A stretch of DNA of 50,676 bases from Chara braunii. Taxonomy: Eukaryota; Plantae; Charophyceae. A program made the translations under genes and the position numbers. The stretch is taken from positions 4,048,513 through 4,099,188 of the forward strand of contig BFEA01000016.1 in the NCBI GenBank assembly GCA_003427395.1, read 5' to 3'. Under the pieces are notes generated by a model. It saw only the letters and a list, made by a program, of their open reading frames with translations, searched no databases and was not told where the DNA came from. This document shows, one piece after another, positions 1 to 12,150 of the stretch. The first letter of the stretch is position 1. Each line of letters begins with the position of its first letter.

Positions 1-3000
1 GGGAGCAAGATGGCACAACGCAGCTCCCCACGCAAGACTCCAACGCACGTACTCCAAAATGTGCAAGTGAGGAATGAGAATGAAAACAGACAATGGCTAG
101 GGTATACCCCAGCGGACTGACGGGACTGGACTGGACTGGCTGGTACCGACAGAGGTACCGGCCTGGACTGGCCTACCCCAAATATAACACAGGCCTGTGA
201 GAACAGGCCAAGGGGCTCGTCTCACAGGCCATCCCGAGGTCCGCTACAAAACGGGTCCAGCGTCCCTTCCTTTCACTGGTCTATCCTCATCTTCCAAAAT
301 CCCTTGAAGCTCAAAGTAATTTCGTGTGGAAACAAGGCACCATCCTACTTGGTGCTAAAATTCAGTCAAGGAGATCATTGCACTGTTGCTCATCGATATT
401 AAACTACTATTGATTCATGCTCAGTTGCCTAAATCGAAAATATTAGTTTCCACCAGGATTCAAGTAAACGGCTAAGCCGTTAAAAACTGAAACTACTAGT
501 AAGATCAAAGGCCAGGAGCTGGGCAAGAAGAATAAGCTGTAGGGTTACCCTCCCATCATCATTGTCCAATCACACTGTAAAGAGCCTTTGTTGCCTAGAC
601 GGGTTTCCCACCACGCACCCAATTGATACAACTCTAGTTTGCTCTTCACCGGGTCTCTCATTTCGTCCAACCATTGGTGTTCCCGCTGCTTCTTCGTGCT
701 AACTATTCTTATAATGACTACAACCGACTAACGCTCCCACCACTGCCGATGGCACTCACACTGCCCCCGTAGTGCCGCTGTCAGTAATCAAAATGTCACG
801 TGACAGTTCATATTCTTGCTAAGTGGAAGACCTACATTATGTTTCCCCAAAATTTTAACATTGTCAACCTCACAGACTACAACAGTTAAAGTGCGGCTCC
901 CCAACAAACGGGACCAATAAATCTACTCTTTAGAAACCGAGGACCGGGAGTTGGGGAGGAAGAATAACCTGTAGGGATACCCTCTCATCATCACTGTCCA
1001 GAACAATGTAAAGAACCTTTGTTGCCAAGACGGGTTTCTCACCACGCACCCAATGGATACAACTCTAGTTTGGTCTTCACCGGGTCTCTCATATCGTCCA
1101 ACCATTGGTGATCCCCCTGCTCCTTCATGCTGACTACTCTTATAATGACTACAAAGAAAACCAACTTGTCAGAAGGGGAAAATAATTTTAAATACCTAAA
1201 ACAGACAGGGAGACGAACTCGTAAATTTACTCCCATACATCAGGGATAACAATTATCCCTCTCTCTCAATCCTAAAATGCTGCAGCAATACGTGTTTCCA
1301 AACACGAAACACTAAGAGCAACTCCCGCGCCAGAACAGAGACCGTAAGCATTTTACTTCTCAAGGGAATCAAGAGACAACTAAACGATCAAAGAAATGCA
1401 ATACACTAAAATACGACAGAGTAGCCTAGAAAACAACTAAAAACGGAGAATATGTTCTCGACTTTTTAACTGAATATGGCCAAAGATACAACCAGGTTCA
1501 GTGAGAGCTAAAATTCTAGACAACAATGATTTATACCAGTGAACAATCCTACCCTAAAATACGAGCCAAAGAGTCGAGATCGAAATCAAGTCCACAAAAG
1601 GAATCGCATTAGGTGAGAAAAGGAAGGGATTACAAACGGAACATGAAGTAAATGCACATAGGGTGTAAAAGAGACAGAAAAACAGTTTAAATCGAGTACC
1701 TCGACATTGAGTCAATCACTCGACTAGATGTGCAAACGAATGACCTGCTGAAATACCGAAACTAACCTAAATTATGCCTACATGCAAACAAGATGTGTAG
1801 AACTGAAGTCCTTGGACATGCCGAAGCGCTGCCACCACAACCGCACATTCTCCCACTGCGTCCATATGCGCCGCTCTGCCTTCCAAGCTTCTCCTATTGA
1901 CCAAGGCAGTCGAGATGGCGTATCATTGAAGTCCAGTGCACGACCTTTGCATGGTGAGAAAGGAGCCCCCCCTTTCCAGCAAAAGCCTTGAGGGGAGCAC
2001 GGCTCCTCTGGTGTCGAGATCCTATCAGGTATGAAGGTTGCTATGGTATGGAGGTCAGGTGCGGAGCTGTCAGGATGCCTTGGCGTAAGAGTGCAAAGCA
2101 CTCCCTACCCACTGAAGGGCTAGGCTACGCCAAGACACTGTCGCCATAGCTCTCACACAGCTATGGTGCCTGGCACGGTCGGCGCCTCGTGGAAAGGATC
2201 AGTGTTTACGTGCCCCGCCGTTGCATCCTACTCAGTCGCTATCGACGACCGGGTGTCGCTATCGCCTCTTCGTTAGCGCATATTTTCGCGCGGCCCTTCC
2301 CGTAGCTCCCTTTGCATTATGTTTTAAAATAATCTAAAAATGGAAATAGAGTTACCTTTCGGACCCGACATTGGTTGTTGGTTACCACTTGACTTCGTTT
2401 CTCCAGGCTGACCGAATTAGTTGACTATTCTTACTGGTTGGGTGTCATGCTGAGGCAGGATTGAGTGTGAATTCAAGTTTAGAGCACACACCACTATAGC
2501 TCATGAGTGAAGCAATTAGTAGCGAGGAGGAGGAACGATTAGCGGAAGACCTTAGAGTTACCCGCAAAACTGCTCTCAGTCGACCGATCACTTTCCAAGA
2601 GTTAGGTCTAGGAGAGGAAAGGAGGTTGTGGAGGGAAGCCAGGAAGAGGGTGACATTGCGGAGGTTTAGGGCAGCAACAGCCAGCGTCGAGGCCGCAATG
2701 GCTATCGCCTCTACCATGTCGCAGGCCTTGTCCCAGACCTCTTCATTCGGAGTTCGTCAAGGTGTCTCTCAGGGTCCAATTAGTCATTTTGTTGGTTCGC
2801 AAGTTAGCCAGCAGTCTCCTCTCACGCCATCGGATTACGAGATCCTCGAAGCAGAAACTCTTTATGATGAGTTGGAACCGCAGTTGAGAGATGCAGCGGC
2901 AAGGAGAGAGAAGAAAAACTAGACTAGGAACTAGGAGGCAGGAATTAGGAAGACTAGAAGCACTAGACGAGTCAACACTGGACCCTGCAATTCAATCGCT

Positions 3001-3054
3001 GCGTCGCTCGCTTCTTTCCATTGCGGAAACACGGGTTGTCCAACAGGAAGTGCT
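1..3054. mobile_element. Probable LTR-retrotransposon remnant with a broken helical ORF at 2503-3054 (+)
   Basis: Frameshifted ORFs 2503-2922 and 2891- (MSEAISSEEEERLAEDL...LYDELEPQLRDAAARREKK) resemble gag-upstream ORFs by recall; no catalytic motif seen; cut by LINE sequence at ~3055. Confidence 0.4.
513..1153. repeat. Diverged ~210 bp direct repeat (513-724 and ~946-1153)
   Basis: Two visibly alignable blocks, from ggagctgggcaagaagaataa / gggagttggggaggaagaataa through accacgcacccaa to cttataatgactaca. Confidence 0.85.
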
Positions 3055-5165
3055 GATTGATTCTCATGCTACCCTGCTGATGGCTTTGCCATTCTCGCTA
3101 TCCCCCCTCCATAGGAAGGCCGCTGCCTTTCTCCTAAGTAGTCTTAGCGCTCCCTTACTCAAAAGCTAGCAAACCGATTTATACCATAATGCTGCAAAAG
3201 CAACGTGATTGATAACTAGCGCTCGGCCAAAGAGGGAGGTACTATGCTTATTGTTTCAATTACAAAGTTTTTGCATGGCGGGAATATTTATCCATTCGTC
3301 GTTGGGCAACCTATCGCTGTCATGGATACCCCTAGGATCCTTTGCGGAGTATCTAGAGGTAACCATGCTATCTGTGGTGAGTCTGGGGGGCGCCCTCCCT
3401 GGTAATGTATCCACCACCCTTGTGTCTTGCTCCCCCAATTCACTCTCCTCCCTAATTCACTGTCATATCTGAGACCTTCGTAAATTTTTCCATCGGTTTC
3501 TGGATCTCCTTCAAGTTCTTGTGCGTGACCTCTACCATAACAGTGAGATCGTCTGCGAATAGGGAGCAGATAGAGATGACCTCTTCTGGTATGTTTGCAA
3601 TTCAAATTTAAGTAATGTTCTTATGAGCTCGTAGGTTGGTGGCCAACTCTTCCATGATAATAAAAAACAAAAAGGAGGCGATCGGGTCGCCCTGGCGGAT
3701 TGACCGTTCTAGCTTAAGTGGTGGTGCCACGCTCCCCTTGACTTGAATACAAGTGGTCGCGTTCTGGTGAAGGATCCGAACCCATCGCCTAAAACTCGAC
3801 CCGAAGTTCATTTTCTCTAAACTTTTGTCCAGAAAGTTTCACTCGACATGGTTATATACTCTTTCAAAATCAATAAAGATCAAGGCCGCATTCTGACGGG
3901 TGTGTCTGACAAGCTGTAAAACCTCATGCACTAGGAGGATATTTTCCTGAATGTTTCTTTTCTGCAGGCCAATTTGAGACGGGTGGATAATATCCTTCAT
4001 AATCGGAATCATTCGATTGGCTAAGACTTTAGACAACATTTTGTAGACAACCGTGAGAAGTGTTATATGTCGGTAGTTTCGGATATCCATCTTATCCCCT
4101 TTCTTGTAAAGAAGGGTCAACACCCTCTGTCCCACTCTCTCGCCCATTTCCCCTGTTTGCCATACTTGCTGATATTAATCCGTGACATCTTGACTGAGGT
4201 GGTTTCCAACTCTTTGGGGAAACCATCTATTCCTGGGGCTTTGTCCTCTTGCATTTGCATGAGGGCCGTCCATATTTCTTGTTTGGAGAGTAAGGCTTCA
4301 AAAGAATCCCTCTGATTTGGTGACAACGTCTTTTCTATGGGGACTAAAAATTCCTCAATTTGCCTCTTATAAGCGATTTCATCAGAGGTGTCGATGTAAG
4401 AGGAAAATAGATCTTTATAGAAGTCACGAGCGATTTTGGTGCATCTGGCCATGGTTACGGCCGGTTCTGATTCTCTAGCCTCCGGATCATAGAGGGCCTC
4501 AATTTTGGTCCGTTTGACCCGCACATTGGCCCGTCCAAAGAAGTGTGTATCCATGGCTCCTTCCGTTGAGAAGTTTGCTAGTCTCGCCCTCAATTTAGCT
4601 CCCTGCCATCTGTATCGTGCATGGTTCAGAAGTTGCTCCTTCTGTTCCTGTATTTGGATCATTTGTTCCTATCCCTGAAAATTTTCATGAAGATTTCCGT
4701 GGAACTCTCGTTCTGCAACTCTCGTTCTGCAATATCATGCATTAACCGGATTTTCTGATGGTGTTGCCGAGTAGCCAAGCATTTAGAAAATTCGATACAT
4801 TTTCTAGCTTGAAAAAATAATCCATTATTGAACCATGCAATATGGGAGTCGTGAAGCCGCGTTCCTTCTCTCTAGTATTCCCAAAGTTGTCATAAGTACC
4901 CTTGGAAAGACTTCAACCTAAGTAAGGAAGTATTGAGCTTATAATTGCTGGGCCCTTGATCCGACCGTTTACGAAAGGTCCAGATGGCTATGCACATTCG
5001 ATGACCTAGACCCAGGTATGGGCTTGTTGGTAATATAGCGGCCGCTGTCAGCTCGCCCACAAGATCTTTCGAGGCCAAAATAAAGTCAATCTGGGACTTT
5101 GAGAGCCTACCTTGATCGTTATTCCTAATGCTGGTAAAATTTCTCTCTGTGGGGTAGCTATGTCT
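3055..5165 (-). pseudogene. LINE-A ORF2: endonuclease C-terminus and reverse transcriptase, with stops and frameshifts
   Basis: Motifs KAPGIDGFP, LLYKKGD, NYRHITLL, IDFERVYNHV, IRQGDPIA, CSLFADDLT, AAAFLWRG, SQIDFILAS. Confidence 0.95.
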
Positions 5166-6480
5166 CAGAGTTCGAAACCAGGATTTTTATGAATATTTGT
5201 ACCTAACCTTACCACACCCTCGTTGAAAACCAACCACCCATACCCACTGTATACTTGGTCTGTCGGACCTTTACCCATCTCCAACTGCTAAAAAAAAAAC
5301 AAAAAGTATACCCAGACCTACTCTACCTGAACATCTTCAGCATATAATTGGCCATACCTACCCATAAACATTTTTTTTTCAAGACCACCCATGGCCACCT
5401 GAATGCAAACCATTTGTTACCCACCCATACCCCACCCTACCCAATTTTTTTTTTAACTATACCCACCCGTAACCACCCGTGCTTGTCACCTACCCTACCC
5501 TAACCGCCCATAACCGCCACTAGCTGTCCCTAACTGCCCTTAACTGCCCTTAACTGCCCCTAACCGCCCCTTACTGCCCCTAACTGTCCCTAACTGCCCC
5601 TAACTGCCCTAACTGTCCTTAATTGCCCCTAACTTTTTTTTTGTTTTTAACTGCCCCCAATTGTCCTTAACCGGCCCCAACCGTCCCCAACCCCTCGACG
5701 TCACAGGATTGACGTGAGAATTTTTATTATTATTAATATTATTATTATTATTTTTTTAGATGTGGCAACTTATGCAGCTACTGCCGCAACCGTGACAGCA
5801 ATAATTATTATATTTGTTTACTCTGATGATGCTATGGATGCATCTGGTGCTACAGTAGCCAATGCAATCTGTGTAGCATCTGCAAATGCAACAACCCTCG
5901 GTCTGTCGCACATACATACACTCTCACACACACACACACACAAACACACAAATATTACATACACATGGTTACACACATATGAAAATAGTTTGTAAATGTG
6001 AAAAACAAAAAATAAAATAAAATAAAATATGAAATTCACCCTTGCAAAAAAAAATGTTTGCTTAATGGGAAAGAGAGAAATTTGGAATATGAGAAAAGTG
6101 TCACGCTTGAGCAAAAATACAAAGCCTTTAAGGCTACAAGACTCACATCAGGTATACCACGGTTACCCGATGGGAACCTCTACCCGCCCGTACCCACCCC
6201 TTTTTGTTTTTGGCCACCCATACCTGTCCATACCCGTCTATCTTATTTTCTGGCCGCCCATACTCGTTTTTTTTTTTTTAATCCTTACCCCTACCTGCCC
6301 CTACCCATCCATGATCTCCTGAAAGGGCAACTGTACCCGCCATAACAACCACCACCTTTTGGTTGTGCATGCCCATACCCAACTCCCCCTTCGAAAGGGG
6401 TACCCATACCTGCCCGTAACCTGACGGTTACAGTTCGGTACGGTCGGGTACGGGCAACGGTTACCCGTTTGCACTCTCTG
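5166..6480. mobile_element. Non-autonomous hAT-like DNA transposon (~1.3 kb)
   Basis: 8-bp TSD CTATGTCT (5158-5165, 6481-6488); imperfect TIRs CAGAGTTCGAAACC / CAGAGAGTGCAAACG; dense TACCC/ACCCG subterminal motifs; excision restores LINE endonuclease reading RLVDTYRHSYPTERNFT. Confidence 0.88.
5490..5692 (+). repeat. Minisatellite of 10-11 bp CCCTAAC(T/C)GCC-like units
   Basis: ccctaactgcccttaactgcccctaactgccccTaaccgcccc... array inside the hAT-like element. Confidence 0.9.
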
Positions 6481-6488
6481 CTATGTCT

Positions 6489-6960
6489 GTATGTGTCAAC
6501 TAGCCGGAAGGAAAAACATAAATTCCCTATCATTCATTCATCCTCTTCTGCATTATAGCTGGTGGAGGAATAGACCCTCCATCTGTACATCCCTCGATCG
6601 GGTGCCGCGTTGTAATCCCCTGCTAGTACCACTGGGATGTTAGGGGTCGGGACATTCTGAATTTTTTCCAAGAAATCTCTCCTTTCCCGATGGGAGTTAG
6701 GAGGGTAGAGGGAGACGATGCAGATCACCTCCAATTCCAACATACCTAGTACTGACACCCAACGCCCTTCCTCCTCATCCTTTTCCCAATGGAGGACTTC
6801 GAACCGTGACTCCGGGGGGGATCCACATTGCCACCCCCGCTCGCCCCGGTCCTGGGGCATAGGCCTGGTAGTTTTAAAAAGGCCAGACCTGCTTACGTGC
6901 CCTGTGGTGCTCCGACGAATCCGTTAAGTGGGTTTCCTGTATACACACCACGCCCGACCA
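6489..6960 (-). pseudogene. LINE-A ORF2 APE endonuclease, N-terminal part
   Basis: VVCIQETHL, GRWV, SLYPPN, VVLAGDYN. Confidence 0.93.
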
Positions 6961-9399
6961 CAAAGGTTGGCTGGATCAGAAAGAGACTTGTTACTCTGAA
7001 AGGATTGGAGGAAGGGGCACGAGACTTCTTCTTGATCCAGCCAAAATCGACAACAATTTTCACTATACTATGCATGTTTGATTCGGATAAAAGAATTATG
7101 GACACATGGCGAAGTATCCCCTGTGGCCGATCTGAGGTGAGGATTTTCCCCTGGTCACCACCCAGGCAGCCCAAACCAGAGGAGAAAAGAGATCAACTGA
7201 TGTCGGATTTTTATTGGGTGGAATTTCGCCATGTGCCCATCGAAATCCAAGGGGCCTTCGTACAGGAGCTTGCCCAAAAATATGAAATCGTCGATTTTAT
7301 CGACCCCCTTCCCTCGTACATGGCCCCAAGGAATGATTATCTTATGATTGTCTTGGACTTGCCAAAAAAGTACATGTTTGCAATAGACGACGTGATTCTC
7401 TTCCGGGTAGGAGGGAGGGATTACCGGATACACATTGCACACAAAACCCGGCCATGGTGTTTTAAATGTCAGGTGTACAGCCACCTTCCAGCTGACTCAG
7501 ACTGTCCCCATCACCTGGCCAAGTGGGTCAAGACAACGGGGCGACTTCTGTGTGACCCATTTCAGGCTACTCGCTGGAGAACTGTTGACCCGGGGCATGA
7601 AGGCTGGGTGTATGTGGATGAACCCTGGGAGGGTGGAGGAGTAAGGGATGGGAATGGGAGAAAAAGGATGCGGTAAACTGGGCTACTAAACCGTCGGAGC
7701 AATGGACTCCCCCTCAGCCTGCAGAAGTCAGAATGGAACAGGGAATAAATTTTGCTCCCCCATCCACCTCCTTCCCCATCTCACCCCTTTCCCTCCCCCT
7801 CCCTGCAAGGGACTGGGGGGGGACCAGAAGGGATCGGGGGGGGACTGCAAGCAGTGACGGAACCCCGTCCCAGGACTTTATCACCTTGCGGGACATGGAG
7901 AAAATATGGGACTCCCCGCCCCCAAAGAAGACCGCGTGCCCCAAGAACTCACTGAAGGCACAAAACTTACCCGGGAAACGGAACAGTGTTCGGGAGGGGG
8001 AGGTTAATCAGTTCACAACCTTGGAGAAAGGAGAGGGGACGGAGGGGATGGACTTGGTGCTGCAACAGGAGAGGAAGCGGAGAGAAGCGGCAAAATAGAA
8101 CAGTGTACGGCAGGGGACGACCAATCAGTCTACAAACCGGGGGAGAGGGGAGGAGGGGATGGATCTTGTGTTGCGACAGGAGGAACAAAGGAGAGAGGAG
8201 GTTTTTCGACAAAGTAAAGGAGATGAGCAGGGGGGGAAAACAGACAGGGAAGAAGACAAGGGGGAGGGGAGGGACGCGAAGGGGGAACTGGGGCCATGAA
8301 AGGAGGAACATCAGCAACATAATCAGGCAGAGAATGCCACTTCAGGAGTTTTAATTGAAGCAGACCCCTTCTCTCGCGTCTTTGACACCCAACCCATGGA
8401 TTGGGAACCGCCAATCGTGTCCCCGGAGGTGGAAATGACTGATTGTCCTAGAGGACTGGGGCCAGCACGGGGACCAAGATATCGAAACAAAACTGAGAAG
8501 CCTGGCGGACTGGTTGATCAACCGGCTCAAAACCCTGTACCCTCAACAAAGAGAGCAGTTCTGGGATAAGGTCTACGTTCACCTTTTCCCGCTGTTAGAT
8601 GGGAGTCCGACGTTGAAACAAGCACTAGAACATGGCTTACACTGAGACACCAGCTCGCACCAGGCCCTAACTAGAATATGGGGCATCATGCAGGAGAAGT
8701 TCCTCCCTCCGCCAGAATCCGAAACAGAGCAGCCGCAAGCTATGGCACCCCCAAATGTGGTTGAGACTGCTACTGGCTCGGTCCGGGCAGACAACCCTTC
8801 CCCAAGCCCACCCACAAAGTACGAAGGTCAAGGGAAAAGAACCGGTACCAAGGTTGGGACGGAGGTGGAGCAGGCCGAACCATCTCAAAGGTTAAAACTG
8901 CGTCATCGGATAGAGAAAGGGTTGTGCAGCGGGAACCTCACAAAAGGGAGATAAGGTGTTAGTGCTCCCACTCAAAAGGAGAGGAGGGAAGTGGGAACTC
9001 GGCCTCTCACTGGCAGAAACCGAGGACCCTTATACCCCTTCATACGGAGGGGTAACTCTGCAGGGGTGGCATTTGAAGAGGGAGGGAGCACTAAAATTCT
9101 ACAAAGTAAAACATTTTATTTCAGAACATTATGAGCCCGAGGTGACAACAACTATCAACATATCTTTGAAAAACCTTAAGATGGCCTATAAGGATCTGTA
9201 TGTGAGGTTCGAAGACAACAAGGACGCAGGATTGCAGTGGTATACGCACGCTGCCCTCCTGGAAACTCAACAGCTGAAGGTGAAACCCAGTTACATTTGG
9301 TCAATTGATGACATGCTTACCTATATGTGCACAACCTTGCGCAAAAATATCCTTGGGGGGGAAGTGGATTGGGATGCTCAGGATTGGCAAAGATTGTGA
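6958..9399 (+). pseudogene. LINE-A ORF1 central and C-terminal region (inverted segment) with zinc knuckle
   Basis: KVGWIRKRLVTLKG...WCFKCQVYSHLPADSDCPH is near-identical to LINE-C ORF1 (17935-18948); C-terminal domain at 8956-9399. Confidence 0.9.
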
Positions 9400-9444
9400 C
9401 AACAGTGGGGGACAGGAGCTTGAGAAGGGGTGGGCGGGCTTATT

Positions 9445-9594
9445 ATGGATTGGATCGAGGCCTTATACGGGAAAAACAAGGCATGGAGGAAAACACTCCA
9501 GCGTGCTGATCTGGATGTCATGTCCATTAACGTAAATGGCTTGGCGTCTTGCTCCCCGGAAAAAAAGTCAGGCACTATGGGACCTCATGCGGGG
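9445..9594 (+). pseudogene. LINE-A ORF2 start (inverted segment)
   Basis: MDWIEALYGKNKAWRKTLQRADLDVMSINVNGL includes the first APE motif. Confidence 0.85.
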
Positions 9595-11180
9595 CCGATT
9601 TGTAGGCTGCATCATCATAAAATACCCACACGCTTGCATGGTGTGAGTACACTAAGTCTCATTCCTTTAATTTTGTTTCTGGCAAAGCTTTGACGCAATG
9701 TTTCTTCCCTCCCTGACTAATTAGTCTGTCTTCGGGGGAGGCCAGAAATTTAGACATAAAGAATGCCGATGCAGTGGTGAGGTTGTCAAGAGGAATCTCC
9801 AAATCGTCCTCCTGTGTAGCTAATGTGGATTCCTTTTGTACATCTGCCATTTCCTTGAGTAATTCCTTAGGGAAAGGGGAGGCCTGCTCGCGGTTAGGTG
9901 GCTGCAAACTGGAAGCCCCACCGCTTACTGCATGCCTCTCTGCACCGCTCTCTTCCACCACCCTCTCCTGCCTCTCTGCTCCACTATCCTGCACCACCCT
10001 CTCTTTTCCTTTTGAGAGATGCCTGCTACTGGAGTTGTGCCCTATAGCCCTATAATGCAAAAACGGTGTTGCTTGTCCCCTCCCCTTCTGCCGTCTTGCC
10101 TCGCTCTTCAGACTAGCCATCCGACTGTTCGACTCTAATTGGTCCCTCAACGTTCTCGATTTTTGTTGGTTTGCTTGCTTCTTTTTTGGAAATTACTCCA
10201 CGATGGGTTGCAATCCTAGTGAAGGGTTACGTGGGTTTCGTGGATGTAGCAAGGGAAGGGGGGGGATGTCGGGGGGGCGGTGACGAAGAGGGCAGGAAGG
10301 GCGAGCAATGAAAGTTGAAGAGGGCGAGGGGGTTGGGTAATGGAGGTTGATGCGGGGTTGACGCAGGAGGGTTTGCAAGCGGCGGGAGGGCATGCAGACC
10401 TTAGGGCAGGGGGGGAGAAAGAAAGAGTGGCGGAGGGGGTGACGAAGAGACAATCGGGCACACCGGGGTTGACGAGGAGGAAGGGCAGTGGGAAGCTTAA
10501 TGGTTGAATTAGGGATTAGCAAAGCAGGAGGGCGAGCATACAATGGGACAAAGGGGAAGAAAAGGGAGAGGGGTAAAACAGGCACTATCCATGAGAAAAG
10601 AGGGTGACGGGGGAACAAACGAGCACATCGGTACAACTGGAGCTTATCAAACGAGAGGTAAGAACGACGGGGGGGGTAACAAGCCAAAAGTAGGGTGAAG
10701 TAGGAGAAAACAGTAGCGAGCAATAGGATTTCGGACATGGGGGTGCGAGGGGCGGATATGTAAAGGTGGTGCAAAACCTCTTAGTGCCTCTTCTTCCTTC
10801 ACCAAGGGGTTGCAGCCTCCCGGGGCCCTAAGGGAAGAGGCTGCACGTCCCTGTCTTGCTCAATGTCTTCCGAAGCGCGGCGTCCTTAACTCGAATTCCC
10901 AAATCCCCTCTCACCGTCCTTGTCTTGCTCGCTGCCCTTTCTTCGGCCGACTCAAACGACTTCTCGCCCGACTCTCACCTCAGTTACTCCACTTCCTCCT
11001 CCTTTCGTCTCATCCTTTGTTTCCTTCTCACATAGACTTTCAATTCTGGCAGGATCCGAGCTATCCCTTCTATTTCCTATTCTCTTCGCTACCGAACACT
11101 TTGCCTTCCCCGTAGAAGCTTGTAAACTTCCGGTGGGGTTGGAGAGCTTACCCTCCTCAGTACACCAGGACCACTTCGTC
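9595..11180 (-). pseudogene. LINE-A ORF1 N-terminal region
   Basis: LEIPLDNLTTASAFFMSKFLA...SQGGKKH, SLKSEAR and APGGCNPLVKEEEA match LINE-C ORF1 (ASGGYNPPVKEAEA). Confidence 0.8.
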
Positions 11181-11739
11181 ACTTGGGTTCTCCGTTCTAT
11201 CCCACGTGGAAAATATAGCGGCCGCTATGTTTATCCACCTCTTGCCGCCGGAAGGTCCGTCACCAGCTATGGAGGCACCCTTCAATGCAAAACAGCCCGA
11301 CGACGGAATGAAAACCTGAGGGTCGTCGTGATTCCACACGTTGACCGAAAAACGCACTACAAAACGCAGCGAGCCCGTCGCAGCGCTAGCGTGAAGGCGG
11401 TGTCACTACCGATCGAGATACTATTCAACATTCCAAAAAAAAGTGACAAGGCAAACAACAATTTCACATGGCTCTCCTGGGAGGACCTGCTGGATCTTTT
11501 TTTTTTTTTTTTTTTTTTAACACCCCCCCCAGTGTTAGTGGTGCTAATAAGAGCAGACACCACTAGCACTTGGGGATAGGCTCTATCTATTGGTGGGGAG
11601 CATCACCTGCAGGAAAGCGGATCCAGCGTCCCTTATACAGACTGAATTTGGGATACATCATAAAAGATTGTGGAGTGTTCCTACCAGCATTGATTACCCT
11701 GGGATCTAGGAGAGAAGGTTAACAACAGTCGTATTTTTC

Positions 11740-12150
11740 ATCACCACTTCAGCACACCCTTCACCACTTCAGGATGCAGCCTGCCTAAACAGGTGGTTTT
11801 CAGGTCTTCAGACCTTTCACCACTTCTTGACTATTCAGGTCTGAAAATCCTGAATGGTCCTGGAGTGGTGAAAGCTCCGAAGACCCTGAAAACCAACTGT
11901 TTAGGCAGGCTGCATCCTCAAGTGGTGAAGGGTGGTTTTCATGGTCTTCGGACCTTTCACCACTTCAGGACCATTCTGGATTTTCAGACTGCCCAAACTA
12001 TTCACTTGACCACTTCAGGACATCCTTCACCACTTCAGGATGCAACCTTCCTAAACAAATGGTTTTCAGGGTCTTCGGACCTTTCACCACTTCAGAACCA
12101 TTCAGGATTTTCAGACTGCCAAAAACTCTCACTTCAGAATTTTCATTCCT
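11740..12150. repeat. Direct and inverted ~90 bp repeat cluster (palindrome ~11756-11933)
   Basis: acccttcaccacttcaggatgcagcctgcctaaaca... followed by its reverse complement ...tgtttaggcaggctgcatcctcaagtggtgaagggt, then two more direct copies. Confidence 0.9.

Larger units (their letters stand above)
3055..11200 (-). mobile_element. LINE-A: L1/Tx1-type non-LTR retrotransposon, 3'-truncated, internally inverted, interrupted by an hAT element
   Basis: After removing 5166-6480 and flipping ~6958-9594, ORF1, APE endonuclease and RT motifs are colinear with LINE-C; 5' boundary approximate. Confidence 0.9.

Noticed and set aside
2891-3169. 92-aa ORF as one protein
   Set aside because: Its 3' third is antisense LINE-A ORF2 (AAAFLWRG on minus)
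5490-5692. Interstitial telomere or chromosome fusion scar
   Set aside because: Units are 10-11 bp, not pure 6-7-bp telomeric repeats, and lie within a TSD-bounded transposon
5714-6345. Hydrophobic short ORFs inside the hAT-like element
   Set aside because: Low-complexity and microsatellite translations with no transposase motifs
6828-7676. 282-aa ORF as an intact gene
   Set aside because: Chimeric: its first ~45 codons are antisense endonuclease sequence fused across the inversion breakpoint
11740-12150. CRISPR-like repeated ACCACTTCAG
   Set aside because: No unique spacers or regular period, mixed orientation, eukaryotic TE context, no cas genes
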